Positions 1 to 14,084 of a stretch of DNA of 64,000 nt are shown piece by piece. The DNA is from Camelus dromedarius. Taxonomy: Eukaryota. The translations under genes and the position numbers were made by a program. The notes below the pieces were generated by a model. That model saw nothing but the letters and a program-made list of their open reading frames with translations. It did not search any database and had not been told where the DNA came from. Location: the NCBI RefSeq assembly GCF_036321535.1, contig NC_087437.1, positions 39,186,001-39,250,000 on the forward strand, in the 5' to 3' direction. Numbering within the stretch: position 1 is the first letter of the stretch; every line of letters begins with the position of its first letter.

Positions 1-265
1 GAAGTAGTGAACTGGCCTAACCGCCAATTCACACCCCAGGGGACTGTCCACCCTGGGAAGAGATTTGCTATCTCGTCTGACACTTCAGTTACTTTAAAAA
101 TTACTCCCAGGATTTGGACTTCTTGCAGGTAATTCTTACAGAAACATGAAAAAAAATTGGTTATTTGAAGCTTGAACTTAAAAATAAGGAGAAGCAGTAA
201 TGCAGGATTGTTTGAATTGGAGAAATAGATAATTTCAAGAAGTCATGACATAAAATTTCTATTTT

Positions 266-975
266 AGAGGATTTCAAACTCTTTTGAACAAGATCCACAA
301 TAAGAAACACAATTTACAATGTGACTTCTTATATTCATATAATACTACAATTGAAACCAAAGTTTTATAAAACAATACTTTATAAGATTGTCAAAGTATA
401 ACATTTTTAAAGTTAAAAATATGATTTTCACACAAAAAGAAAATGAACACTGTCAAAGATTTCTTTCAGTTTATTAATTAATGAGGGAATCAATAAGATG
501 TTAAGACTGGTTAAAAGATTATCTGAGGAACTGGGTATTTATAGGCAATTTAATAAAAGTTGTTAAGATGGCTAAGTTAGACACCAAACTAGCGAATGTG
601 CTAATATACAATCAATCATAACTTTAGGGTTATCTTTTCTACTAAACATAAATTATTTTCGTAGCTACTATATAAAAATCTACACATGAATGTGTACTTT
701 CACTAACCCTGGGACCCTGCATCAGTAGTAGAGTCAAGCAAAGTTTCTTCCTCTAAGTAATTCTTGGTGGGACCCCTTAAATAATAATCCTGTATGGTGT
801 TGAAAAAGAGACTGCCCAAATGTTTTGCTCATTTCTTCCAAATTTGTTTAATTTTTCTTCATAGGATACACTCATATTTTCTGTTGTGTTCTATTTCATT
901 TTCAAAAGCTGTTCTATCTCCCTAAATTATTTTCATATGTGATAAGTAACTCATGACTGGGTTTAAATACTACCA
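266..975 (+). mobile_element. Degraded hAT-Charlie-type MITE (MER119-like), split by an unidentified ~480-bp insertion
   Basis: Left part (tttcaaactcttttgaacaagatccacaataagaaacacaatttacaatgtgac, ~266-380) and right part (atattttctgttgtgttctatttcattttcaaaagctg...ctaaattattttca, ~866-975) resemble the two halves of a recalled Charlie-type MITE consensus. Confidence 0.4.
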
Positions 976-1147
976 CATCAGTGTGTGTGTAAGACCCCCC
1001 CCCCCACAACACTGCCAGACAGAGGCAAGTTTGTTTCTGTTTTACGAATAAAAAGCTAAGGGAAGGAGGAAGGGGAGAAGAACCTCAGTAATCTGTCTTC
1101 AGACATTCAGACAATAGAATGTCTCAGCATTCTATAAAGTGATAAGA

Positions 1148-1480
1148 CTTTTTAAAATTGAAGTATAGTTGATTTACAACATTGTATTAATTTCTGGTGT
1201 ATAGCATAGTGATTCATTTATACATGTATATTCTTTTTTGTTATAGATTATTACAAACTATTGACTATAATTTCCTGTGCTGTACAGTAGGATCTTGTTG
1301 TTTGTTTTATATGTAGTAGTTTGTATCTGCTAATCCCAAACTTCTGATTTATTCCTCCCCCCATCCTTTCCCTTTTGGTAACCGTAACTTTGTTTTCTAT
1401 GGCTGTGAGTCTGTTTCTGTTTTGTAAATAAGTTCATTTGTGTCATTTATTTTAGATTCCACGTATAAGTGATATGATTC
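1148..1480 (-). mobile_element. 5'-truncated L1 3' UTR (cetartiodactyl type)
   Basis: T-rich tail, then ttgaagtatagttgatttacaa...ttcctgtgctgtacagtagg...tagattccacgtataagtgatat, the antisense of an artiodactyl L1 3' end; degenerate flanking repeat tataaagtgataa / tataaaagtcataa. Confidence 0.85.
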
Positions 1481-3416
1481 TTTATAAAAGTCATAATTCT
1501 TTTCTCTCACAAAGCACACACTTTGCTAAGGTTGCAACTTAGGCTCTTTTTCTCCTTATTAGAGTAGAATTTAGAGTTTTTACAGCTATGAAAGAAGGTG
1601 AATTAATTATCTGGAACTACTGCCCCATTTTACAGGAGAATAAACTGATGTGACTGGCTCCATCACCCCACAGTTCCTGGGGAAGCCACCATGTAGCCAT
1701 GGCGCGAAGAGGACAGTACTTGGACTCAGAAGGGTGTGAGCCTCATCTTGGCTGACAGCCGCCAGATAGAGGACCTCAGGCAAAGCTCTTCCCCATCTAA
1801 GTAGCTGTATCTCTAAAATAGAGAGAGAGCTGTCATGAGAAGTAAAGGGTGTCAATGTCTTTAAAAAACTAAAGAGCACTCTGCAAATGTAAATTGCTTA
1901 TTCCAGTCACTTTATCCAGTGTACATTTGCCCATCCTTGGATACCTGCTAATCTATGAGATCTAATTGTTGACCTATTTGCACATATTTGCTAGTACTTG
2001 AGATCATGGGTACAATGTTCCCTACCTACGTCTAGTGCATTTTGTAAGTGCTTTCTCTCTTCCACACACAGTTCTGTATTAAAATATTTAAAGATGTGCT
2101 AGCTATTATTGCTATAGATCATCACTGTAAAATGCTCTAAAACTTGCAAATTAAAAAGCACCATTCTGATAAAATGTGCTACTATTATATAAGACTTTCC
2201 ACCTGTAGGGGCTTCTAATTATGCTTTCCACGCATAAAAAATGCAACTAGAAAAACTGATAAATGGCCAACAGCTACTTTCCCGCTGATTATACAAAATT
2301 TCATTATAGTAGAACATTTAACAATTTAATTCTGCGCTCTCTCAGGAATAGTCTGTAAAATGTTTTGCTTGGGTCTCTTTTTAAGCACTGAATTCTCAGC
2401 TTAAACAAAAGGTACATCGAGCCTTTGCCATAAGCAAAGCTGAGTTATTAAATAACAAGAGGTGAGCTCGGAGATGACAGGTAAAGACGGAAGAAACACA
2501 CACAATCAAAACATGCCTGAATGTTTTCTTCTCTCTTTCTCATTCTTACATGGTAATTGTTGAGGTGGAAGTGAGACAGGTTTACTGCAAAGGCTGCTTT
2601 CCTGATTGCTAAGGGATAGGTTTTAAGATATTCTGTATATATTAGAAAAAAATATTCTAGGTGTATTTATGCCTTTACAAAGTGCTTCAGACAGGTGAAG
2701 TAATGGGTCTCCTGAGTTTTCTCTTTTTCAGTGTTTTCTTCCACCTTTACCTCCTTCCCTGATTCTTCTGATCACACGAGAGAAAACAGAAGGCTTCATT
2801 TAGGCACTAGTGTGTCTGTCGTACTTGCTGCTTCGACGCTGGGTGGGGGCTGTTCTCCTGTTTTATAACTGGAAAAGCAGATACCAGAGTGATCGTTTTG
2901 GGACCTCTGCAGGCAGCAGAGTGGTGCCAGGACATGTGAAGGCAGAATCTGCATCTGAGAACCAGCAGCAGTGGAGCCTGGGAAGGCAAACCGGGGGATA
3001 TTTATTCACAACTTTGCAGCATGAATCCAGAAGGCTTATAAACCATTATAATCCTCAGAATCTTCCTTCAGTTTCTCTGTTATGTGACTTAAATCACCAC
3101 TATGCACATCATTTCCTGCTGCTAACTTTTAGGATCTAAATCTCTTCTCTTCTAAAGATCCTGGGGGAAGATTAGTTACTTCATGTATACCTGGAAACAT
3201 TTCCTTCTTTTATTCCTATTAAGATATTCTGACCCTCAGCTATTGACACCCTCTTAGTCATATGCCTGATCTCCTTTTTACCCCACACTTTAGCCACAGC
3301 ACACACCACATACTCTCCTGCCTTTGCAGAGGGAAGGCATTTGGTGTAGAGAAGATCATGGATTTGGGATCAGTTCAACCTTTGCTGGAATCTGGGTGCT
3401 TACCAGCTACATGCAT

Positions 3417-3901
3417 TGTACAGAAGAGAAAATGCTTTCTCTTCTACTCTCTTATGTTCAATATCTGAGGCACTGCAAATTAAACTGACAAATAACAGAT
3501 TAACAGGATAGATGGTTTATTACATTTCTACTTCATAGAAAAATAGTGAAGATCCAAAAGAAGTGGCTGGAATCTAGGGCTTATATACCATTTTAACAAA
3601 GAACAATGCATTTGTAGAGAAGTGACAATAAAGGAAAAGAGGTTTACGCTTCTAGGGATGGCAAACTGGGAAGGTAAATTTGGGGGAAAGGAATGGCAGA
3701 TAGGACTTGTCTGTAAGGTGTGTTAGGTAGATAGCTCTTGGTGCCCCCTCTGGGCTGACAGAAGTCTGGTGTAGGCGAACAGAGGGAAACCAGAGCAGAG
3801 CAGAGAGGTTTTTTTGAGCCTGCTGTTTCTCAGTTGCCTTCAGCTCAAAATAACCCTTCTTCGAAAGTGGGTGTTTGGGTGGTGTATCCTGATGCCCTTC
3901 A
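3417..3901 (-). mobile_element. Solo LTR, ERV1 class (MER34-like), inserted in a MIR
   Basis: TG...CA termini; minus strand begins TGAAGGGCATCAGGATACACCACCCAAA...TTATTTTGAGCTGAAGGCAACTGAG; 4-bp TSD gcat/gctt; MIR core continues on both sides (~3340-3416, 3902-3940). Confidence 0.8.
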
Positions 3902-5387
3902 GCTTGAACAAGGTCGCTCACTTCTGGGAGCATCAGCATCGGGCTCCCTAAAACAGAGGGAAACCCCATGTGACTGTTGTGGGAACAACTGCCTGTTACT
4001 CGCTGCCTTCCCAGGGCTCTGCCCCCTTTTCAAAGCTTCTGAACAAAGTGCTTCTCTACTCCTAGTGTTCCTGGATTTTACTCTTCATTTTCTCTCTCTC
4101 TCTTTTTTTCTGTTAAGTACACTTAATACCCTCCAGTTGGGGAATCCTACTTAGAGACTGGGGAGAGGGGAAGAAGCTGAGGTAGGATTTTAACAAGTGG
4201 TAGGAGACTGAGGAAGTGTAAATATGTAACGTTTTTGTGTTGCCCGTAGCCCCACAAAAGCCATATATAACTTTGCCTATAACCGCCCCTTTAATCTTCC
4301 ATTTCCTCCATCCACAAACGGTGCTTTTCTATAAGTCTCTGCAAACCCAACTCAGGTTTTCTCTCTTTATTGAGTTTATTTACACACCAGAGCTGGAAAT
4401 AACTTTTCTCACCCCAGACTTCCACGGAGGTTCCTTTTTCAATGTTATTTATTTTTATTGTCCTGATTACTTCTCCATACTTTAGGATAGGTGCATGGCT
4501 TAAGTCTCGTATTTAACTGACCCATAGAAGACCTCCCTCCCAGTATTTTACAACAGGAGCATTAGATAAATGAGTGTACTTAAGTGGTTGAATTCAGGCC
4601 TGAAAATAGAAGTATTAGATTTGACTGAGCATTATGGATGGGCGGTATCCTGGTACTACCACTATTCTGCCAGCCGCTAAATGTTGTAGAAGGAAGATAA
4701 TCTCTGAACGATGAATTCATTCTTTGCCCGTGTTGTCTGTCCTTCACTTAGGTTGCCCATTGTGCCAACAGTGTAGCAGCTTGAGAGAGGATTAACTTCC
4801 CTAGATGTTTTCATGGATTCACTGCTTGGTAGCTGTTCTGACCACTGCTGATTTAGGCGGAATTCAACCCAGGAACCTAACAGTGACATCTGCTGTACCT
4901 CCCCTGAGTTTGTGAGGCCCCTCGTCTCCTAGTTTGGAAGTTTCAAATGAAGCTCCTTTTTATCCCTCACACTTCGCATACACTGTGTTTAAAGCTAAAG
5001 CAGAACTGCCCCCCCCACCCCAAATCTAACCTTCTCTTGAGTTTTAGAAATTGAATAAGAGAAAGTCAGTAACTGACTTCATTTCAGCTGAATTTCCCAT
5101 AGGAGGGCCGAGGTGAGTCCCGGATCATGTTTTAAGTCATTTGATGAGAATGAATCTATGATAATCAATGGTTTAAAGCAAGATAAATTTCCCCATTATG
5201 GCAACTGAATCTTGTGTTAAAATATGACACTTTACTAAGGGTTACTGCTTTATTTCTTCAAGACTTTTTGTGAATTACCTTTTGGAAAACACCGAGACTA
5301 CACCTGTACATTTTACTTTTTCAATAACCAAAAAGGACAGTGTGCCCTATTTTCAAGGAGAAGAGAGTTATTCCAGGTGAGAAAAAT

Positions 5388-5389
<2 letters not shown>

Positions 5390-5441
<52 letters not shown>
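5390..5441. repeat. (AT)26 microsatellite
   Basis: Perfect dinucleotide run read directly. Confidence 0.97.
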
Positions 5442-5446
<5 letters not shown>

Positions 5447-6396
5447 TAAAGTATGATTTCAGTTATCTAGAAGATTAGCCGATAAATCTCTCTGTGTTAC
5501 TATAATTGACTCCATTTGCAAATTGAAATTTTGCAAACAAAACTCACTTGCTACGTTCTTGACACCACTGCCTTTGTGCAATTAAATTCATATGTATGCC
5601 TCAAGGGGAAAAAAAATGGAAAACATGTCTTTCTTTCACCATCTATCTCTGTCTTACCATAAATTTATGTATTCATTGTGATTTTTCTTTTAAAGGAAGG
5701 TAAAGCATGAATGATTTTCCTTGTAACATAAAACATTCTGATTTAATTGTTTTTAATAGTTGATTCTGGTTTCTGACTTGAATTGTGTTCTTTTTGACAA
5801 GCATCTATTTCCTGATCCCCCTTGCCAACCCCCCTTCCTATCCTGTAGCTTGACAGGAAGGCATTAAAAGACTGGTGAAAAACTGCCTTATGCCTCTAGC
5901 ACTCTGCATTTTACCTTAACAGTTACTCAATAATTATTTGTTGAATGAGAGCTTAATTCTCCCTTTTGTGGAAGGCTTGGTGTGTGGCAGACGGCAGTAG
6001 ATGGCAGGTGGTGGCTTGCGCAGACGGTGTGGGGCTGGTGAAGCGGCGCACCAAACACTAGTGAGCAGGGAAGCCCGAGGGCTAAAGCGATGGATATGCT
6101 TGTGCCCTTGCCCTGGAAACCTCAAGAACATCAGCTAGCCATCCAGGATCCCTAGATTTGTGAGATCCATGAGGTTAGAGACTAACCCTTCCTTTGTTCT
6201 CGTCCTCATGTAGCTCATGCATCTGACACAAATGTCTGGGGACATAAAAAATGCTGTTGATAAACTTACTGTTAATACAAACAGAAATAAGATTCTCTAA
6301 ATGCAAAACGGAGTGAAATAAGTCTGCTTTTAATCTCTGAAATGCCATAAGTTATTCGAGTGTTTTGAAGGATGATTCTCTTTTGACAGAAGACAT

Positions 6397-6398
<2 letters not shown>

Positions 6399-6448
<50 letters not shown>
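6399..6448. repeat. (AC)25 microsatellite
   Basis: Perfect dinucleotide run read directly. Confidence 0.97.
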
Positions 6449-6453
<5 letters not shown>

Positions 6454-6811
6454 TATATTTATTAAGGTTATCTGGATAATTATGATAGAACCAAATAGCA
6501 AAGTTGCCCATTTATTTATTTTTAATCTTGAGTGGCATGGCAGTGGCTCACACTGTGCAATAAAGTATTTGGTGATGCAGACACAGAAGGACTTTTAAAA
6601 TTTCTATTTTGGGAGCAAAAGTAGGATTTCTAATCAGTGCAGCACCCTTTAAAATCATTCAATTGATGCCTGTGTGTTTAGGGAGAAAAGAAATGAGGAA
6701 CATGAATAGATTTCCTGAGAGAGTTAGAGTGAACAGTGATTAAGCTTAGAACATAAAATTACCATTTATGATTAGTTCAGTTCAATTAATTCCATCTATC
6801 TATCCATCCCT

Positions 6812-7110
6812 TAATTCATTTATTCAGTCAACTAGCATTTATTGAAAAACCTATTTTGTGTCAGGCTCTGTGTAAAGCCCTGGGGACCCAGGGATCAAAG
6901 ACACCATCAAAGAATTAATAGCCTTGTGGTAAAGACAGAGATGTAATTGCAGTACCTGAGGGGAGCATGAGTTTTCTGCTGGGGAGTAACAGGGAACCTG
7001 GAAGCATCTAGGGCAGGCAGGTGGTGCAGGCAGTAAGTCACAGATGACGCGAGAACCACGTGGAGGGCGAGATGCTGAGTTGCTGAACAGTGACTGAAAC
7101 ACAGTCCCCA
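6812..7110 (-). mobile_element. L2 3' fragment
   Basis: attcatttattcagtcaactagcatttattga...tgtgtcaggctctgtgtaaagccctgggga is the antisense L2 3' terminus. Confidence 0.65.
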
Positions 7111-9575
7111 AGAAATAGAAGATATTCCCTGCCCTCAGGGAGCGTCCAGTTCTTATTTCTCTTAATTTTAATGCGTATGTTTCTAGACAGTCATCTTTGA
7201 AGGTATTTTTAGTTCTGAATGGCTTCAGTGAATTTTCTCGGAATAAACACTAGGTATGTAATCCTAGTTTTCCACTTGCTTGTTTATCCCAAGATTCCTG
7301 GTTTGCACACTGCCATTCCCCTCTACCAAAGAGTTCCATGACTATTAGGATTTTTGCTCAATCCTGTATTCAAGGGGTCACCTGGAAGTACAGCAAGATA
7401 ATCCAACCAACGATTGTTAAGTTTGGTGACTGTGACATGTTCATAAATTTTTGAAATGCTGTAATCCTGTTTGTCCCGAGAAAACTCTTGCATTCCTGTC
7501 TCAATTAAATCTCTCAAGCCAAGCAGGTTTCTGCAGGATATAATCCATTCATTCAGGTGTCAAAGGCCGGAAACTGTTTACATATTCACAACCCTGATAG
7601 CTGTGTCTGGAAGAAAATAAATTTATTTCTGAGTCATCTGGGTTCTGCAGATATTGCAATTACTATTGTATATTCCAGCTTTCTCCTAAAAGACTCATTT
7701 AGGGCAGTTCTGAAAAATACTGGAAATTCAAAAATAGATTGTAAGCTCTTAGGGCAAAGACTATGTTTTGATTTTGGTTCTCCTTACTGCTCTGAAAGTG
7801 CTGTGTGGGCCTAAAGCGGCTTATAAATATGTAAATAAAAATAAAATGATTAGCTGAGCTGGAATAAAGAAAAGAGACTCTTATAAAAGGACGTTTACGA
7901 GAGAAAATAACCAGATTTGAGAAAATCCAGCCATTGGGAGAGAATGTTCTGGATTAGGTAGCTCTAGTTATATTTTCTTAGATTCATCACAATGGGAATA
8001 ATATTTGTTTGAAGTTACACCAGGGGCTTTCAGAGGCTACACGCACACCAGTAATTCAATACATGGCAAGGAGCGTAATTACAGTTCTGAGTTACCTTTT
8101 CAGTCGCTTGTGGTGGGGAAATGGCAGAACACTAAGGAAGGGGAAGAAACGAGAGAGCATGAATCAGAGAGGGATGAAACAGACACACGATCGAGCTTGG
8201 CATATTTGAGGGGACTACCCTGTGGACACAGGCTCTCAGAGGAAAACTGGTGAGAAATAGTTGTGGGAATTTCTTGAAAAGTAAAACATATGAGAGTATT
8301 AAAGGCAAAGCACAGGGATAACCATGTTGATGAAAAGGAAGATCGGAAAACTCTAGGAGGTCGCCTGTAGAGCATCGGGCTGTTTTTAAGATCTGAAATG
8401 CAAAAAAGCAATTATCTGCTAAATTGAACAAGGGCAGATCAGCAAGGACAAGAGGAAGGGAATGGTAGAAGCCTGTGGGGCGGTCAGAGAGGCCGGGACA
8501 CAAAATGAGTTCCAATTAGAGCAGGTCACCAAGGAGAGGGAACCAGCCTTTGGTAGCACGTTTGAAACAAGAGCAAGGCGGAAGGAAGGACAGGCTCCCC
8601 AGTTAACAAGGAGAGGAAACACAGAACATGACACAGAGAAGCCTTAGGTTTTATATCTATTTATTTTTAGATTATGTCCAAGAAAATAAACATCTACACT
8701 AAGAGACTGAATACAACCCACAAATAGAAGCTCGAGGTAGACCTTACAGGAAAGATCAAGCAATTAAACTTTACTCGTTTTAGCTAAATGCAGTAGATTA
8801 TCTATAATATTCAGTGAGATGAATGAGAGAATTCTTTCTAAAGAGTGCTTTTTTACTGAGTCGTTTAAGCTTGGATAAAATTCTACACATCAGAGTTTTG
8901 AGACATCTTTTGGGAGAACTCATCCATTATTATCAAATAGCTGGAGGTGAGATCATTGTAACTGATTTTAAATGTAGAAGATGCTGGAAATATGTCGCTT
9001 TCAACCAAATTTCTTTCCATTCTTAAAAAGAGACTGGACCATTTCTTCCCAAATCAAGCATTCATGTCTTAATTAGCAATAAATATAGGCTCTTCATTAG
9101 AAAATTAAATGAACTAACTAAATAATTTTTTTAGAAAATTACTGAGCTTTAAATAAGAAGTGTGTCTATACTTTATATTATTTTCAATTAATACAATACA
9201 AAGAGTAAGGCTAGGGATCATGTTTTATATCTAGAAATACAAGAGTATCTGAAAATAGTATGAGTAGATGGTCCCTAGCCCCTTCAGATTAACACGTTTT
9301 ACTACATATTTTCTCACATAGACATGTAACCAGTCTGCTGAGCTATTGAACTCAGTAGGCAGCAATACGAAATGGTTTTGGTTTTCCAGTCTTCGAGTAC
9401 ACGTTTGTGTCTCCTTTTGTAACCTCTTAATTTGGAGAGGTGGAAGACTGTGGTGATTGACAGCTAGAACCTGAACCACCTGGTTCCCACATAGCCAGTT
9501 GTATAACTGCAGGATAGTTACTTAACTTTTAATGCATCATTTCCCACATCTATAAAATGGAAGGGATAATAGAGT

Positions 9576-10118
9576 TGGAGAAGGAGAATATTTTCCTCTG
9601 TCCTTCTACGTTCTTTGGCTGGTCTAAGAATTCAGTTGACATGAGACAGATTAACAGAAGAAAATCAGTATTTTAATTACGTATGTTTGGGGGCCCCATA
9701 AGAAAAATGAAACCCAGGGACAAGTTTGGCAGCTGAGGCTTATATGCCATCTGAAAGGAGAAGGGGTAAGCGTTTGGGACTTCAAAGGGAAAAAATTTAC
9801 CGGAAGATGGGAAAAACAAATGTTTGGTGAACAAATGCTTGCTATGCCTGGCAGGGACAATGGGACACAGAGAGGACTTTGATCAAAGAAGCCTTGCTGA
9901 GCTCCCCCAGTCTACCACACCATGCTCACACTCTCTGACATTAGCTCTGGTGATGGCTCGCTTCCTGGGATAGGCCCCCGATCTAAATCCTTTCAGGCTA
10001 TTAAGGTGGAGGAGGTAAAAGCTCTTCCTGAGCCTTTTGTTTCTTAAAAGCAACCAACCTGAAATAATCCTCACGCCAAAGAGACACATTTTACCGTGGC
10101 AAATATTGCCCCTGTACA
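9576..10118 (-). mobile_element. Solo LTR, ERV1 class (MER34-related), inserted in a MIR
   Basis: TG...CA termini; minus strand begins TGTACAGGGGCAATATTTGCCACGGTAAAATGTGTCTCTTTGGC; shares gacagattaacag and ggcttatat-ccat blocks with the LTR at 3417; TSD agagt/atagt; MIR continues on both sides (~9440-9575, 10119-10215). Confidence 0.8.
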
Positions 10119-12451
10119 ATAGTAATTTGAAAGATTGCTGTGAGAATTCATTAGATTTACCCTATTTAAATCACAGTGCCTAGTACCTAGTAAACGTTTG
10201 AGAAATGTTAGCAATCATATTATCTCAGTGAGAGTCCACATTTTCTGGTTGTGCTTGGTTATTAAAAATTCATTTAATATTTAAAAATTCTAATCTCATC
10301 TCCTCTGTCTCCCTATTGAGATTTGATCCTAGATTTCGAGAACTGCTTTAAAGAAAAAGTCTTCTTTTAGGTTCTAACTCTTCTGGCATTGAGACAAACA
10401 TTGGGGGAAAGGGAAGAATTCCCATGAGAAAGCCAGACTTGAGGTTCAGGCCACAGAGAGGGGATTGACATGGTAGGCGGCGGTGGGAAATGCAGGAGCT
10501 GTATGGCAAGGGCCCCTCACCTGGCTTTCTTGGGGGGTACATATATGTGTTCTTGGGGGAGGTTGCTGTGGGAATTCCCCAAAGCCTGGTTCCTTGATGG
10601 AAATTCTGGCTTCTGCTTGCATCTTTGACTCTTCATCACATTTGCCCTACTTCCTCTTAACTGGTAAACCCCATAGTGGGGGTTTCGTCATCAGGCAGGC
10701 CACAGCCTTGGGAAGGCACTAGTCATACAGCCAGGATGCTGTTTTTCTGGAGGTCTCTCAGCAATCATAACATTGCTGTGCCAAGTGATAAGAATGCAGA
10801 CCACTCCGTCCACCCTCAGCCCTTTGCTTATAAAGGTTGGGGGCCACTGGGTAGCAAAGCTAGTGTGAGAACCTCTTAAGAAGCCCCAAATGTTGGCAGT
10901 TCTTTTTAGAACACAGGATACTCAGTATCCATTTAGTCTTAGTTTGGGAGCTAGTCATCAATTCCAGGGCAAAAGGACAAGTCCCCTGTCAACTTGTCAC
11001 AGACCTACAATAATTCGAGACCAAGGTTACTAATTGTAGCCTTTTAACTTTAGAGACTCTCTTTGTTTCATTTCACTCTGCTGTTGCCCAATAAGACCGT
11101 TCCTTGTTTGGGTACTGCTTATCTGATTTATCACTCTCCACGTTTGAGTCTCATGTATGAACCTCATTTTAATGACATCTTATGAATTCCCATTAAGAAA
11201 AAGTTAAGCAGAATGACTTATGTGGGTAATTTCAAAGATTACAGTCTATTACAGTTTTCCCAGCCCACACGTATGGTTTAACTCCATTAAATATGCTTGA
11301 ATAGCAGGTGTTTTTAAAAGATGTTTATTTATTAGATTTATGGGCAAAAAGAATAAGATTGAGAAAGTTCCAATCATTGGTTCCCTATTCCTGCACTCCT
11401 GGCCCCATGTCTTCTCTCACATATGAGTCCTATGGATGAATGTGGTTGGTTAGGGTGCAGATTGCTCCTCTTATATTATTGCTCCACTCTTTTCATCCTT
11501 TTTTTTTTTGGATTTCTAAGAGAGAGATGGACCAAACAGGAGGTAGGAGCCAGCATCATATTATGGCAGAAGTGTGTCCTCAGTTGCAGCATCTCTGGAA
11601 GCAAATCACATACTCTTAATAATGATCATTCCAGAATTTTATTGGTTGTGGGTAGAGCCAGCTTTTCACTGGTCCCTCTGCCCTAGTACTTATTACCCTT
11701 GAAAAAGATTGTTTTATCTCTAGTTTACTTTCTTTATCCCAAGATTCATATGGAGGAAAGGAGATCCGATACTGTACCTTTTTTGAAAAGTTGTGTTTAA
11801 TGATTCAGATCCTTACAAATATGGCGTTGGCTCCTACCTTCCTTTATTTTTTTCAAACAAGGTGGGGTATACCCATGAGGAAAAATATCTAACACAGACT
11901 GAAATCTGCTTCAGCTTTTGTACTCTGCCCATCAAGTTTCAATAATAAAAAAAAAAAATTAAGACGTCTTTTCAGCAGGACACTGCCATTTCTCTGGGTA
12001 CTTCCTGTAATAATTCATTATACCAATCTTTCCTTTGATTTTGTGCAGTAGTCCCTTCTCAATTTAAGTCTAGTGTAAGAAAATTGGGAAATAACACTTT
12101 AATCCTGGAGGACTGATTTCATTAAAGATCTTATTATGTATTGGTGATCCAGTCTTGCCCTCTTAAGTCTGGCTCAGAGATGACATTGACGAAACTGCTC
12201 CTGTCATTAGAAGTCAGATCTAACACAGTTGTAAGTCCCAGAGGCATAGGAGCACTGAGTCATGTCAGGAGACTCCAGATTATGAATGATCATTCTTGGT
12301 TTCTACCAGTTTAGAAAGTCATACAGTTTCTCTGAGCCACAGCCCCAAATAGAGCTCAGTAGCTCTTTTCTGTTGGTACTGGGTTAGGGTCTCAACTCAT
12401 AACTACCCCGTAGGTTATCATTTGTGTTTCCAATAAAATTTACAATGTTTT

Positions 12452-12670
12452 AATAATAGTTAATATTTACTGAGTATTTATTATGAGCCAGGCACAGTGT
12501 TAAATACTTGATAGGCATTATCTCATTTAATTCTCACCACCCTTTGAGATTATATATGAAGAAGCTGAACACTAGAGAAAATAATAATATTCCTCAAATC
12601 CTAAAAGTTTATGAATAGAGAGAATCCGGAACTTTTTGGCTTCAGAGTCCACATTTTTAAACAGACTACT
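12452..12670 (-). mobile_element. MIR SINE
   Basis: atttactgagtatttattatgagccaggcacagtgttaaatactt...attatctcatttaattctcac is antisense MIR. Confidence 0.75.
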
Positions 12671-14084
12671 AATATTGCTATTAAAAGTACTTGGACTGTG
12701 TTCCTCATTTTTTTTTTTTATCAATTAGACCATTTATTAGGGAGGGACGTAATAAGGTTGAAAATTTTACTGCCAGGTTTTCATATCTACATTGCAAAAT
12801 TATGTTTTTTGACTGTGTCTCTCTGATAGTCCAATAAATCTTCATTTTATATTTGAACACTGTTTCACATGGCAGAGGTTGAGGTTCTCAGGGAGAACAA
12901 GTTATCAGCCTCATGGATGATGTTATTTGTTTAGTTTGTAAAGCTTGCATTTGCTTTGTCCTCCTGTTTTTGCTCAGTTTTGTTTCTATTGACATTTTTC
13001 TCTTTTCTGCGCTTAGCGTCCTTGGGCTTGATCTGTTTATCTTTGTTCCTTGGAGTTCATTCAGTTGCCAAACTTTCATGAAGCATCTGAGTCAATTAGT
13101 GTTGTTAACAAGTGGTTTAAAATCACGACCTGAAAATGGCACTTGTCAAATGAAAATTCTTTGAAAATGCCAATTCATCTTGTAAGGAAATTGTTTAGTC
13201 CTTTTATTAACCAGGAACAAAGTGTAGATACTACTATTAACAATAAGGGGTGCCGTTCACAGTGATCCTACCCTGTGCCAAGTGGCTCACCTGGAATATA
13301 CTGTGAAAGCTGCTGTCACCCCAGGGCTTCTCTTTTTCCTGTAATTATGTTCTTATTTGTGACACAGCAGCTGCTTTATTGCAATAGAAGAATCATATAA
13401 ATCAGAATTAGTTTAAATAAACCGGAGGGAAAATAAGGAACAGGGAACAAAGAATTCTTTTTGTGATCACATACTCAGCTGACTAGAGAAAACTTCCTTT
13501 TCTAGCCCTCCTCAAAGACTTCAAGGAACCTGAAATCTTGGCGTAGTCTGGGCTAATCCAGACCTGCTAACGTCTAGGTCTTTTTAAAGCTGTCCTTAGG
13601 CTAGTTCTGCCATCATTTTGGAGCAGGAATTTTCTAAAATAGGTTCAGATTTTGGGGGGATTCTTCTGATTCTATTAAACAACTGCATAGGATGTGTGCA
13701 TCATCTTTTTTTAAAGGTATATTTGTTAGAGCATATTAATAAGTCAAAAGGAGAGCAGGTCCTACAAAAATTTAGAGGCACTCAGCAGGAGGTGTGTTTG
13801 AGAAACATGTGGCTAAACACAGTTAAACAGTCGTCTTTCTGACAGGATATCGCAGAACTTTGAAGATACTAGTGTGCAAAACAAATCTCTAAGAGGTTAG
13901 TGACAATGTACTTTCCTTATATTTAACCTCCAAAACCTTCTTCAGAAGACAGAAATGGAGATGAGTGTTCCTAGGAATGCTCTCTGCCACTGTAGAAAAT
14001 GTTTGAATGGTTCCCGCCCGCTTGGGTGCAAAATGTCCTATTCCCTCTGCCAGCATAAATAAGTCTTAATGAATGTTTTCCACA

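Noticed and set aside
6272..6598. ORFs with CVCV / THTH repeats
   Set aside because: Translation of the (AC)25 microsatellite.
3417..10118. Two related, same-orientation LTRs ~6 kb apart as a possible provirus
   Set aside because: Each has its own TSD and splits its own MIR; they are clearly diverged; the interval contains L2 and microsatellites, with no gag/pol/env remnants.
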